Shown piece by piece: positions 10,490 to 20,983 of a stretch of DNA of 64,000 nucleotides. Source of the DNA: a virus; IMG/VR virus record IMGVR_UViG_3300011113_000621, positions 35,754-99,753 of that record. One strand, given 5' to 3'. Positions within the stretch are counted from its first letter, which is position 1. Every line of letters begins with the position of its first letter. The notes beneath the pieces were generated by a model. It saw only the letters and a list, made by a program, of their open reading frames with translations. It searched no databases and was not told the DNA's origin. Position numbers and translations under genes: made by a program.

Positions 10490-13400
10490 TTAGTTCCAGT
10501 ATCCTAGTCGCAAGGCATTTTCAAGTGCCTTGTACTCTTGGCTGTTCTTAGATATTAAATTATTTAATCGCGAGGATACAGCGTCCTTAAACGCATCATA
10601 GGTTCCCCACTTTTCAATGATCTTATCCATCTCAAAACCTTTAGGTTGGTATAAAGGATTTGAAAGATTATCTGTAATATTCTTGATTTGATGCCTATAG
10701 ATCTTTAGTAAATCTCCCGTTCCGATTTTGTTTATAAGAATAGGCATGTAGTTTTGGTATGCGTCTGACCCCGCGAAACTATCAGAGTCAATTAAAAAGT
10801 CTTCAATGCGTGTTTCATCTTTTTTAATTTCACCTAAAGTATTGTCAACTGGAAACACGCGTAATTTTCCGGTAGACTTATCAAAAGCTATCATGTAATT
10901 TCCGTCGTGACGGTCTACATTGTTTGAAAGAATATCGAATATAGACATTCTTATGATGTCCTCAGGATTGTCTAATAGTTCTACAAATCTTTGTGGATCA
11001 TACTGTAGTCTAGTTATTGTCCCGCTAGCGTCTGGTATACCGTTTCTAGCGCCTGGTCCAGCGTTAACTGCTCTACTAACCAAAGGTACATTTGACCCGG
11101 CTTCACTCATAACAACAAGATTTTGCTGATTCTTTGCAGCACGAACGTCGTGAATTCCTTGCATACCAGCGGCTCTAAAGATTATTGATGCTTCTAACTC
11201 GGTGATTCCAGCAGGAGTTTCTGAGTAGTCTGCAGCGTACTCATCGTTTTTTACGTAGAATTTTTGTCCGCTTGCAATATGTGTAACCTCGAACATACCA
11301 TATTGATCATTTACTCCAAGACCATTAAGTCTCTTCACTTCAAAACCTGCTTCTGCTATTTTTGAAGTTCCTCCACTGGCTGCGGCACTAAAATCGTCAA
11401 CAGTAAATTCTGACAACACGTTTGCAGAGTTAAACGGATCTGAGTATCCATGATCTGCACGATACTCGTTTGAAAGGCCATCACGTAGACGAAATACATC
11501 ATCGAGTGAAAGACTTCTATTCTTGTTCAGCATCTGCCTAGACACGTAATCATTTAAGGCGTTTTTAGCATCTACAGAAAGAACCGCTAGTGACCTGTTA
11601 TTTCGCAGTGCATCTTTGATTTGACTGTAGTACGGAGAAATTACTCCATCGTTTCTAAACTCGTCTGACTCTATAACAGAAAGACCTTGAGATGAAACGC
11701 TAGGGATATTCTGCTTTGACAAAACGCGTTTACGCGCATTTTTTATTTGGTTGTAGTTTATAGCTTGTATCTGTTCGCGCGCCGTGGGATTAAGATGCTT
11801 TACCCCTGACCAGCCAGTGTCCATCATTACAGTTTTACCAAGCCATTTTCCTTTTTCAGGGTCCTTTTCTGGATCCCATCCAACAAGAGCAAACTCTAAA
11901 GGTGTTGGCAGAATAGAAAGATTATAGCTACCATCATTAAGTTTGGCTCTGTCCACGCGATACTTAAGTACATCTAGCTGCACATTTTCTAAGTCTGTTC
12001 GTGCCTGGCGACGCAGTTTTTGCATAATATTTACCACGTCTGTAGAGTTAGTCCAAGTGTATCCTGTAAGTGCCCAAACAAATCCACCTTGATATTCTCC
12101 ACCGCCAGCAGCACCAACGTAAACTTTTTCTATTCCATTTGCAGCATACCAGTTTTCTACCCAGCGATTGTACGCAGATCCAAATCCTTTTTGCTTTAAT
12201 TCCTTGTTGTACAGAGCCATAAATTCTGCATAACCTGACTTAGAAACTTCAGTAACGTTACCGTCTCTGTCAAGTTTACGTTTTATTTTTATAGATCTTT
12301 TAGCTCTACCTATAGGTCTTCCATTAACATCACGTATGTCAAGAGCAATACCAAAAGATACACTTGCCTTTCCATTATCCATATCTTCTTTACTTGGATT
12401 ATTGTATGAATTTTCTAAATCAACATCAATACTAACGTCTCTTACTTTAAGAGTATAAAAGTCGCCTCCAAAAGATATACCAGAGCGGTCACCATAAGCA
12501 TCACCAATAAGTCTTTTAATTTCATCTTTTATTTCGTTTACTTCTTTAGCCGAGCCGTCTTGATCAGCAAGAGAGTACTTATAGGCCAGTTGCTCTAATA
12601 CATCAAGACTAACTCTGTCTTTTCCAGCCTTTGCAATTTCTGCGTCGCGATCTTTCCATGCCGAGAAATTTGACTGCACTGAATCTTCTCTTGTTTTTCC
12701 TTCTAAAAAGTCTGGACGAGTACTTTCATCGTTGACTCCTATAGTGTCACCTGAACGCGCAATTCTTGGAGCTGGAAGAAGTGGTCTGTCAAGACGTTGT
12801 TGTACATCAGTGGATGGCAACATTTCTTCTCGGGTAACAACAGTTGAAGCTCCGCCTGAATCAGTTGATATTGCGCGAACTTTACTTGCTGATCTTACCT
12901 GAGTCGTTCCATCATCAAACTTTATGCGCAGATATTCTGGATTATTTTGTATCGCAGTGACAGTTCCAAGCTTTCCGTCCTTGATGGCTTGAACACGCGC
13001 TCCCTTACCCACCACAACTCCGTCACGAACTATTGTTGTGTTATTAGGTGAGTATCCCGCTTCTTCTGGGCCTGGATACTGATACTGTGGTGTTACAGGC
13101 GCTGGCTCAGAAGTCTCTGTTTCATCCTCTTCTGGCTCAGAAGACGTGTCATATATGCTAGCTCGTTCCTGAGGAGTAAGATCTCTCCATCCAGCCTGGC
13201 CAGCTCCTCTTGGGTCCGAAAACCATTCAGGCGAAACGGTAACTTGTGTAATTGAACCATTACGTGCAACATAAAGGTCTTCCCACGGGTCAATGTATGC
13301 GAGTGACCCATCGGAAGGCAGGTACGAAATCACCTTAACTCCGCTTGGAAATAAGTCGTCGTCAACGTCATAAAAATCCTTAATTGCATCAATGTTTTCA

Positions 13401-16400
13401 TTAAACATATTTGCTACTTGAGCAGGCTCGGGTACTTGAGCAGGCTCGGGCGCTTCTTCAAAATTATTTGACTCGCTAAGGATACGCTCAATTACAGCGT
13501 TTGTATTTACATTTAGACGTTGAAGAGCATCACGAACAGCTTCTACTCTAACTTCATAAAGTCCTTCGTTAGAAGGAGCGTCTGGGTTAAAGTTAAGTAG
13601 TGCAGATCCAGATCCATTAACTATTGCCTTTTCAAATTGTTCCAAAAGGTCTGCCTCTTCAAACTTAGTTGCTATGTATCTTGGATTATCTGAATATCCA
13701 TTCTCATCTGGTTCTTCTGTTGTCCAATTGTATGAATTAGTATCAATGTCATAGTAGTCAGGATTCTTTTCAGTATCCACTGGTATGTTGTAGAGTAGCT
13801 CGCCTTGAGGAGCGGCATCACGCTGTTCATCAGACGCGTTAGCCGCTTTTTCCTCAGTCTCTTTAGGAGTAGAAGCTTCTTTAATTTGAGAAATTTCTTC
13901 AAATATGTCATCGATTAGTGCTTCTTCGTCTGGGTCTGGCGTCCCACCCGCTGCATCATGTAACTTGTTTAGGTTGTTGCGATTTCCGTTAACTGCGTCA
14001 TAGGCATTTGCAATAACACGGTTGGGATCTCCACCTGCTAAGAATATTGCGTTATACAAAGCTTCGGCTGGAACAAATTCATCACCTTTATTAAACTCTA
14101 GCTGCCCTGCCCCGCTGCCATTTGCTCTGCCTGCCGCAGGGGAGGGGGAATCAACAACATCATCTATTTCCTCGAGATCTAATAACTCGCCATCGTCACC
14201 AATACTTGACTCGATGATTTCATTAAAGATTGCATCGTCTTTGTCACCAATTAAAGCTTGAGTAAGCGCGACGCTTAGTTGTGGAAGTGTGTACTTAACC
14301 GCTAAGCGCTCTGGATCATCTGTAAAGTCTGTCGATTCTTCATCCACGCGACCATCTGGCTCGTAGTCGATAGTGCGTAGTTGAAATGCCCCAGCAGGAA
14401 CGTCAAAATCTCTAAAAAGTGAAGGAGTTGACGGAGTGCTAGGGCTTGGTACTTTTGGGGGTGTTCCTCCGCCTCCGTCTGGCGGAGTTGGTGATTCGTC
14501 TGGGCCTTCATCTCTTCCATCCCAAAGATCAGAAAGAAGCTCTCTATACTTTTTCTCAGCGGCGTCCATAAACGCATCTTCGTCAAAGTCAATTTCAAGC
14601 TCGTCGTCGTCTTCTAAGTCACGGCGTTCCTTGTAGGCTCCTTCTAATATATCTGAAAGTTGATTTTTTAATGAATCAACGGCAGCTTGAATAAAGTCTT
14701 CCTTATTAGCTGTTGCAGAAAAATTATTATTAAATTGATCTTGTATGTCAAAGCGCGAGTCAGCTGCATCCCACATCTGCTCGACAATGCTTTCACCGAC
14801 GTCACTTGCATCATTGTCAAGAACTTCTTCAAGTTCCTTTGACATATCGAACTCAGACTCGGCTCCGTCTACAACTGTATTAGTGATGTCTTTACCAAAG
14901 TCATCAGAGTTCGAGAATGGTCCAGTGTACCTACTCGGTGGAGTTGGTGGAACTGCACCACCACCTTCGTCGTCTTCCCACTTGGCAAGTTTACTTTCTA
15001 GCTCTTTAATCAATTCATCTACTTGCTCTTTTGCTTCTTCTATATCTCTGTCTAGTGAATTGTCCTTGTCGTCGCCAGTGTCGATTTCATCTAGCTTCTC
15101 TTTTAACTCTTCTAATGGAGATAGCGCTCGTTCAACCGCTTCGATCACGCCTAATGGCGGATTGTCTAAGTCTGTCCACGTGCCTGCTGCAGGACCATTA
15201 CCATTATCAGTGTACTCACGTGCGTCAGATAGTGGGCTGTATGCGTCGTTTAGTGCGTCCTCTAACTTAGTTGCGTCTGAACCATTTAGTTCTCCACCGT
15301 TAATAAGGTCTTGTACATTGTATAAGTTTACTGTCTCGTTTGACCAGTTTTCTACGTCGGTAACACCAGTAAATGCTGTAGGCGGTTTGTTGTCTGAGTC
15401 ATCGCCGTCTGATGAAGGAGTTGGTGGTTCGTCTGGGCCTTCGCCAGTATCGTTTCCAATTTCCATTTCTTTTTGGCGAGCGTTGTCAATAAATCCACCG
15501 CGATAGTATGGAAGTCCATCTAACTCAAAAAGTCCACTAAGGAACTCATCATTATTTTCTGCATCTAACTCATTAACATTGTCAGCAGGTATCAGATCGT
15601 TTTCATCTGTCGCACCTGTGTCTATATGGTGATACGTGCCATCTGGGAATCTGACAATTAGGCTCTGGCCATCGCCATCTGCAAAGACAACTTCTGCACC
15701 CTTAGGGATGGAAGGGTCTAATGTATTTGGATCTATACCTGGCATGTCCGGTAAAGGCTTTGCAGCATATTTTCTAAGATCTCTGCCTTCTGCACCGTCA
15801 AAGACTGCAGCGTGACGTTCTTGAGCTGACTTACTACTGTCAAGAGCAATTGCCTTAGCAGAATTGTAGTCAAACGTGGTAGGCTCTCTGTCCGGTGAGG
15901 CAGCAGACTTATCTTTAGTTCCGATCTTCTCATCAAGCATATCAATAGCTTTGCCAAGAAGATCTTTAGCCTTCTCTATACGAGGGCCGCCAGGAAATCC
16001 AGGTCTTTCAACTTCATCAAAGAAACTTTTAATGGCGCTACGCGCATTCTTACGATCATCTTGATTATTTGGAATGTCATTCTTTAAGCTGTTACCAAAT
16101 CCTACGTTAGCATCTTTTAATGCTTCTCTAGCATCATAATATCTATTTGAGGCAGCCTCATTTGGAATGTCACCACTACGTCCATGCTCGAGAACTTCAT
16201 TGTATGCCTCTTGAATAACTGCTGCAATCTCATTGTTGTCACCAGCAAATCTTGGAACTTCTCCTCCACCAATACCATCAAGCTGCTCTTTGATAGCATC
16301 AACACTGTTTTGGTGACCGAATAAGGTACTCTTAAGGAAGTTTTTATTCCAGATTTTTTCTGCGTTATTCCACTTAAATCCAAGTCTCTTTATCAACTCT

Positions 16401-17986
16401 CTTTGAGGATATGTGTTTCCAGAAAGCTTTACCTGAACGCCATCAACATTTCCTGGCTCACGGCCAGGGAAAACTCCAACTGGTATTTTCTTACTTTCTG
16501 CAGTGTAGTTTACGCCGTTAGGAAGTGCTCCTGACTCACTAACGCCTTCGGGAAGAAGTTTATCGTCAGTGCTTTCTTTTCTACGCGCCTTGTCTGGGTT
16601 TTTACGAGCGTAGTCTGCCTCAATTCTGCGAACCTGCTCGCGAGTCATATTAAGGTCTTCTGCTACTTCCTCGAGAGACTCGCCGTCCATACGTCTACTA
16701 AAAATTGATTCAGCAAGACGCTCTTGTTGCGCATCGCGAGCAGCCTGTATACCTTTTGCGTTCTCTTCGTCACCGCGGTCTTGGACTCCAACACTTTCCT
16801 TAAACTTGTCATAATCAGGCGAGTCCTTCTCTGCAAGAGATTGCGCCTCTGCCCATGATTTAACATTTCCAACGTTATCGCCAGTGTTTCCGTCTTTATC
16901 AAGACGATGAAGCGCGAAGCCAGACTCGTTTGGAATTAGCTTATAGTCATCGTCAGACATAAACGATCCATCATCTTGCTTTGTCCAACCAGAAGGAGCA
17001 TCAACTCTTGTCTTAAGAAGGTCTGCAAGATTTGGAATATTAGCAGATGATAATTCCTTGGCGGTTGGTTTACGTGCGCCTGTATCTCTTTTTATTCCAG
17101 CTCGTTTTAGTGCTTTTCCAGGAATGCGAGCTTTTATAGGTGTTGCATTTGCACTTTCAATCGAGTAAATTCCATCAGGTAACGAGTTATTTCCACGAAT
17201 TTCAACAAGACCAGCGTTTGCAACTGGCTTGCCGTTCTCTGTCGAGTAACCACGTGCGGCGTTAACGCCAACGTAAGTTCCACCAGCGCTTCCAATGTCT
17301 CCATTGGGAAGTCTAAAGTTAAAATCAATTCCACGTCCCATCTCAACCCAACGTCCCCTACGGTCACGCCACTGCAATGCAACACGAGCGCGACGGGCAG
17401 CACTTGAATTTCCTCCACCAAAACCAAATGCAGCTAATAAAGTTTTGATTGGAGACTCATCAATCTTAAAAAATAAAGGAATGGCCGATGCCAATGTGAC
17501 GCGCAAACGCGCAAATGCATGGCGACGTTGGATTGATCCTGGCTCAAGCGAGTGAGCAGTTGCAATTAAAGGACGAATTGAGTTATCAATAGATGGATCT
17601 GACGAAAGCCATTGAGCATATCTTTCTCGAGCAACGTCACTTGACGCAGTCAAATTTAATGATGATCTAGGGTGGCCAATTGGTAGTAGGTCAGTGTTAG
17701 ATGAATACTCATATGCCTTAAAGGTGTCTTGATGTGCCGTGATAAACTTTGCAACCTCGCGAAGTACACCAAGCTCACGGGACTCATTTGACAACGATGA
17801 AAGACTGGCGTTTGCGCGATTCATGACTGTAAGCGCACTACGAGGAATAACTCTACGCTCAATTGGAGCGTTCTTGTTTGCCTCTACTACAAGAGATAAA
17901 ACTTTTTCACGAAGAGATAAAGGTTTGTAGCCTTTTGGGTAGATTGCCTTACGATCTACCATCTTGCTTACTAATTCTTCGTACAT
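10490..17986 (-). CDS. Giant multidomain head-module protein (2498 aa): sigma70 region-4-like HTH, SH3-like, GNAT-like and C-terminal HipA/PI3K-PI4K-like kinase domains
   Basis: ESLEEVAEDLNMTREQVRRIE (HTH); KQKGFGSAYNRWVENWYAANGIEKVYV...GGFVWALTGY (GNAT-like); FYVK...ELEAS...FDILSNNVDRHDGNYM...PVDN (kinase-like); lies between portal and protease. Confidence 0.7.
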   Translation of the reverse strand: MYEELVSKMVDRKAIYPKGYKPLSLREKVLSLVVEANKNAPIERRVIPRSALTVMNRANASLSSLSNESRELGVLREVAKFITAHQDTFKAYEYSSNTDLLPIGHPRSSLNLTASSDVARERYAQWLSSDPSIDNSIRPLIATAHSLEPGSIQRRHAFARLRVTLASAIPLFFKIDESPIKTLLAAFGFGGGNSSAARRARVALQWRDRRGRWVEMGRGIDFNFRLPNGDIGSAGGTYVGVNAARGYSTENGKPVANAGLVEIRGNNSLPDGIYSIESANATPIKARIPGKALKRAGIKRDTGARKPTAKELSSANIPNLADLLKTRVDAPSGWTKQDDGSFMSDDDYKLIPNESGFALHRLDKDGNTGDNVGNVKSWAEAQSLAEKDSPDYDKFKESVGVQDRGDEENAKGIQAARDAQQERLAESIFSRRMDGESLEEVAEDLNMTREQVRRIEADYARKNPDKARRKESTDDKLLPEGVSESGALPNGVNYTAESKKIPVGVFPGREPGNVDGVQVKLSGNTYPQRELIKRLGFKWNNAEKIWNKNFLKSTLFGHQNSVDAIKEQLDGIGGGEVPRFAGDNNEIAAVIQEAYNEVLEHGRSGDIPNEAASNRYYDAREALKDANVGFGNSLKNDIPNNQDDRKNARSAIKSFFDEVERPGFPGGPRIEKAKDLLGKAIDMLDEKIGTKDKSAASPDREPTTFDYNSAKAIALDSSKSAQERHAAVFDGAEGRDLRKYAAKPLPDMPGIDPNTLDPSIPKGAEVVFADGDGQSLIVRFPDGTYHHIDTGATDENDLIPADNVNELDAENNDEFLSGLFELDGLPYYRGGFIDNARQKEMEIGNDTGEGPDEPPTPSSDGDDSDNKPPTAFTGVTDVENWSNETVNLYNVQDLINGGELNGSDATKLEDALNDAYSPLSDAREYTDNGNGPAAGTWTDLDNPPLGVIEAVERALSPLEELKEKLDEIDTGDDKDNSLDRDIEEAKEQVDELIKELESKLAKWEDDEGGGAVPPTPPSRYTGPFSNSDDFGKDITNTVVDGAESEFDMSKELEEVLDNDASDVGESIVEQMWDAADSRFDIQDQFNNNFSATANKEDFIQAAVDSLKNQLSDILEGAYKERRDLEDDDELEIDFDEDAFMDAAEKKYRELLSDLWDGRDEGPDESPTPPDGGGGTPPKVPSPSTPSTPSLFRDFDVPAGAFQLRTIDYEPDGRVDEESTDFTDDPERLAVKYTLPQLSVALTQALIGDKDDAIFNEIIESSIGDDGELLDLEEIDDVVDSPSPAAGRANGSGAGQLEFNKGDEFVPAEALYNAIFLAGGDPNRVIANAYDAVNGNRNNLNKLHDAAGGTPDPDEEALIDDIFEEISQIKEASTPKETEEKAANASDEQRDAAPQGELLYNIPVDTEKNPDYYDIDTNSYNWTTEEPDENGYSDNPRYIATKFEEADLLEQFEKAIVNGSGSALLNFNPDAPSNEGLYEVRVEAVRDALQRLNVNTNAVIERILSESNNFEEAPEPAQVPEPAQVANMFNENIDAIKDFYDVDDDLFPSGVKVISYLPSDGSLAYIDPWEDLYVARNGSITQVTVSPEWFSDPRGAGQAGWRDLTPQERASIYDTSSEPEEDETETSEPAPVTPQYQYPGPEEAGYSPNNTTIVRDGVVVGKGARVQAIKDGKLGTVTAIQNNPEYLRIKFDDGTTQVRSASKVRAISTDSGGASTVVTREEMLPSTDVQQRLDRPLLPAPRIARSGDTIGVNDESTRPDFLEGKTREDSVQSNFSAWKDRDAEIAKAGKDRVSLDVLEQLAYKYSLADQDGSAKEVNEIKDEIKRLIGDAYGDRSGISFGGDFYTLKVRDVSIDVDLENSYNNPSKEDMDNGKASVSFGIALDIRDVNGRPIGRAKRSIKIKRKLDRDGNVTEVSKSGYAEFMALYNKELKQKGFGSAYNRWVENWYAANGIEKVYVGAAGGGEYQGGFVWALTGYTWTNSTDVVNIMQKLRRQARTDLENVQLDVLKYRVDRAKLNDGSYNLSILPTPLEFALVGWDPEKDPEKGKWLGKTVMMDTGWSGVKHLNPTAREQIQAINYNQIKNARKRVLSKQNIPSVSSQGLSVIESDEFRNDGVISPYYSQIKDALRNNRSLAVLSVDAKNALNDYVSRQMLNKNRSLSLDDVFRLRDGLSNEYRADHGYSDPFNSANVLSEFTVDDFSAAASGGTSKIAEAGFEVKRLNGLGVNDQYGMFEVTHIASGQKFYVKNDEYAADYSETPAGITELEASIIFRAAGMQGIHDVRAAKNQQNLVVMSEAGSNVPLVSRAVNAGPGARNGIPDASGTITRLQYDPQRFVELLDNPEDIIRMSIFDILSNNVDRHDGNYMIAFDKSTGKLRVFPVDNTLGEIKKDETRIEDFLIDSDSFAGSDAYQNYMPILINKIGTGDLLKIYRHQIKNITDNLSNPLYQPKGFEMDKIIEKWGTYDAFKDAVSSRLNNLISKNSQEYKALENALRLGYWN
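13416..13450 (-). repeat. 18-bp-period tandem repeat (PEPAQV x2)
   Basis: acttgagcaggctcggg occurs twice with period 18 in a linker of the giant protein. Confidence 0.7.
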
Positions 17987-19308
17987 TATCTATTTCGCCC
18001 TTTCGGGAGTAGGTCTGCATCATTTGAAGCATAAAGTTTAGTTGCAAGTTGATATGCTCGATCAAACGGAACGTCTCCGTCACGGACACCACGTAACCAT
18101 GCACCGCGTAATGCTGGAATGATCTCGTAGCCAAGACCTGAGTACTCTGCCATCGAGTAAATTGCATGCTCTGGAGAACCATATTCATCAAGTGACTTTA
18201 ATGCAACCTGCATAAGCTCATGCTGCATCATTGAAGCCTCTGCTCTTGAGGACTTTGGATGTGCCTTTGGCAAGAGATCGTTGTCCTGCTTGTAATTTGG
18301 ATTTGCAGGAGACCCTGAGCGCAACAGCTTTAGAAACGCGTTAACGCGAGCCATTGCCCACTGATCACGAGTCTTGCCTGGTCTATGGCTAGATGAAAAT
18401 GCGCCTGACCCTCTACGATACACTGCCTTTAACATTGGTAACGTTGCCTTGCGTCCTGGCTTTGCGTTCTTGTTATGCTCTACTACCTTTTTACGAAGTG
18501 AATTTTCTGTTTTTTGTGAGAATACAATTTTCTTTCCACCTGAGGCTGATCCCTTTGGATTTTTCTTTGATCCGTAGATGCGATCCTTCTTTGGAGCTTT
18601 GCGTGATGCGGCAAACTCTTGAGCTGCAGATGAGTCCTTAGGAACACAGTTAGGAACCATTCTGCCATTTTTCTTTTTCATTCCAACTTGAACGTATCCG
18701 TCCCAACATGGACCAGCGGCTGCAGTTACGACGCCATCTGGGATAAGTGCAAAGCGGCAGTAACCTTCAGGCTCTACCTGTGCATCAATGATCTTGCACT
18801 CACTGCCACCAACATATAAAATGCAGTTGGCACACTTAACACCAATGTCCTTAATATCATTTTTCTCCGCAGGTTCATATCCTGCCCAAACGCCCGTGTC
18901 ATCAGAGTTAAACTTTCCGTATTTTTGAGTAATTTCAATAAGCGCGTCGGCAAGATCTTGTTCCTCGGCAACGACAATTCCTGCAGCTAAGAGAGCGTCC
19001 TCCTGCTCGATTTGAAATGTCTCATACATCTCATCGTGCGCGTGATCATCATAGTCTTCACTGTCAACGTTAATTGAGTTTATGCGCATTGGGCACATGC
19101 AGGTAATCGGGCAAGGGCACTGACTTGATGGGCAGTTCTCGCAAGAGCAGGAATTTTCGTAACAGTAAGGGCAGTCATTTACTTCTGCTTCTACTGGAAG
19201 ATTTGCTGGCTCTTCTTGCTTGTGTGACTTACCATTTATCTTTGAGTATAGATCCGCCATGCGTAGCAGAAGCTCAGCTGCTTCTTGCTTGGTGTTATCG
19301 TCATGCAT
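17986..19308 (-). CDS. Cys-rich multidomain head accessory protein
   Basis: Metallothionein-like CPYCYENSCSCENCPSSQCPCPITCMCP; HiPIP-like KCANC...C...VEPEGYC; GPCWDGYVQVGMKKKNGRMVPNCVP module; KAVYRRGSGAF...QWAMARVNAFL module. Confidence 0.65.
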   Translation of the reverse strand: MHDDNTKQEAAELLLRMADLYSKINGKSHKQEEPANLPVEAEVNDCPYCYENSCSCENCPSSQCPCPITCMCPMRINSINVDSEDYDDHAHDEMYETFQIEQEDALLAAGIVVAEEQDLADALIEITQKYGKFNSDDTGVWAGYEPAEKNDIKDIGVKCANCILYVGGSECKIIDAQVEPEGYCRFALIPDGVVTAAAGPCWDGYVQVGMKKKNGRMVPNCVPKDSSAAQEFAASRKAPKKDRIYGSKKNPKGSASGGKKIVFSQKTENSLRKKVVEHNKNAKPGRKATLPMLKAVYRRGSGAFSSSHRPGKTRDQWAMARVNAFLKLLRSGSPANPNYKQDNDLLPKAHPKSSRAEASMMQHELMQVALKSLDEYGSPEHAIYSMAEYSGLGYEIIPALRGAWLRGVRDGDVPFDRAYQLATKLYASNDADLLPKGRNR

Positions 19309-20983
19309 TTGGAGGTACCTCGTCTTGGGGAGTTACTTGCTCTGGTGTTGCTGGTGGTTGTTGTGCGGCCTGCTCTAAGATTTGTTCAATCTCTGGTGGA
19401 ACTGGCGCTACGGACTGTGCCTGTTGAACCTCGCGAAGCTTATTCATAAGTTCAGGTGATATTGCACCTATCATCTGCTCGGTAAGTTCTGGTGATATTG
19501 AACCCTTTTCTATCAAAAGACGAAGTGCTAGTTCCTTTGACTCTGGAGCATCAGAGCTTGAGAAACCGTGAGCGCGTCTCCAGGCATCAAATGAAACTGC
19601 CATGCGATCAAATCCAGAGTCTGCGTCTGCAGCTCTATCATTACGTGTTGCTACTTGAGATGGGTCATACCAGAGACAGACGCGCTTAACGTCTTCCTCT
19701 CTAAAACCTGCAGAGAGAAGCGCAGGACGAAGATACATAACTGTCAACGCGTCAACGATGATAAGCATCAACGGTTCAATGTGTGCCTTGTAAAGCGCCT
19801 CGTCAATTTGTAGCGCGTTCGAGTATTTAACGTTGGCTAAACCTGTAACAACATCCTTTGGCACGTCTAGACCTTGAAGGATACGCTCTAACACGCGGTC
19901 AGCGCGTTGTGCAAGCGATGGGTCAAACGATCTTTCAAACTTAAATTGCTTGATTCTGTCGCCAAGCTCTGCAGGACCACGAATGATAAGAGGAACAACT
20001 GCAGATGCAGAATCCTCGTCACGAATCGGAGTCGTCATTGCATCAATGAGTTGATCTTCAAACTCGTCGGCTGCCTCCTCGGCAGTCATGCCAGGACTTA
20101 ACTCGTTCTCATCATCATAAGGATAGTCTGGGTCTGGACTTGCTGCAACTGAAAGTCCGTCTGGCAAATAAAGTGCACCAGCGTTGAGTCGCGAGCGCGC
20201 GGTTGCTCTAAACGTGCGATTTAGAAGTAGAAGCTCTGCGCATAGATCTAAGAGACCGCGCATGCTCGAATCTGCTTCCTCGGAGTAACGTGGGTGAGCT
20301 CTCCAAATTCGTCCAACAAAACTTGTGTTGGGAAGCTTTAATGCGGCAGCTGCGTTTTTGCCGCCTGACGTGACAACGTCACGACGTGGAATTATTAGAT
20401 ACTGGTTGCGTGCATCAACTTGAAGCTCGTCTGTTGAGCGAATATCCCAGCTTTCAGGAACGCCCGTTCCTTTACGCTCAGGGAATTGCACAAGATAGCA
20501 CTCACCTGAAACCGATAGGTTTAGGGCTGCATCTCGTAATAGTCCAGCCTGTCCGCCGTATGCAGAGTCTAATCGCGCTAACGCACGCTCTGCAGCAGCA
20601 GCTAATCTCTGGTCAACAACATCGCTGTTGTTAACAGGGACAGGCGACTCCGCGGGATTATCAACCGCGGCTGCATAAAGACGAATACGTGAAACAACTG
20701 ATGCAACAAGGTTAAATGCATACTTAACTTCGCCAATTGCATCATAGTACTCCCAGGCTTCACTCTGCCAATCAGAGGATCCGCCTGTTCTACGTTGCTT
20801 AAATCTTTCAACCTCGCCCTTATCATTTATGGCGATTTGTACTGCCGCTGCAGTTATAGGTCGCGGAGCAGAGTAAGGTAGTGATTGCGCATATGAGATA
20901 TCTGAAATGACAACTGGAGTTGTTACATTACGTTGTGGTCTTTGATTGCGAGGAGGAAATTCCTCGCGACGAAAAATTGCCAC
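19301..20983 (-). CDS. Portal protein
   Basis: WQSEAWEYYDAIGEVKYA...RIWRAHPR...ADSSMR...RSRLNAG motifs of cluster-B-like actinophage portals; 560 aa, just downstream of the terminase. Confidence 0.85.
   Translation of the reverse strand: MAIFRREEFPPRNQRPQRNVTTPVVISDISYAQSLPYSAPRPITAAAVQIAINDKGEVERFKQRRTGGSSDWQSEAWEYYDAIGEVKYAFNLVASVVSRIRLYAAAVDNPAESPVPVNNSDVVDQRLAAAAERALARLDSAYGGQAGLLRDAALNLSVSGECYLVQFPERKGTGVPESWDIRSTDELQVDARNQYLIIPRRDVVTSGGKNAAAALKLPNTSFVGRIWRAHPRYSEEADSSMRGLLDLCAELLLLNRTFRATARSRLNAGALYLPDGLSVAASPDPDYPYDDENELSPGMTAEEAADEFEDQLIDAMTTPIRDEDSASAVVPLIIRGPAELGDRIKQFKFERSFDPSLAQRADRVLERILQGLDVPKDVVTGLANVKYSNALQIDEALYKAHIEPLMLIIVDALTVMYLRPALLSAGFREEDVKRVCLWYDPSQVATRNDRAADADSGFDRMAVSFDAWRRAHGFSSSDAPESKELALRLLIEKGSISPELTEQMIGAISPELMNKLREVQQAQSVAPVPPEIEQILEQAAQQPPATPEQVTPQDEVPPNA

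Noticed and set aside
14436-15506. Long plus-strand Ser-rich ORFs (also 54498-54971 on the minus strand and many other short track ORFs)
   Set aside because: Antisense or off-frame shadows of acidic coding regions; no RBS or recognisable motifs.
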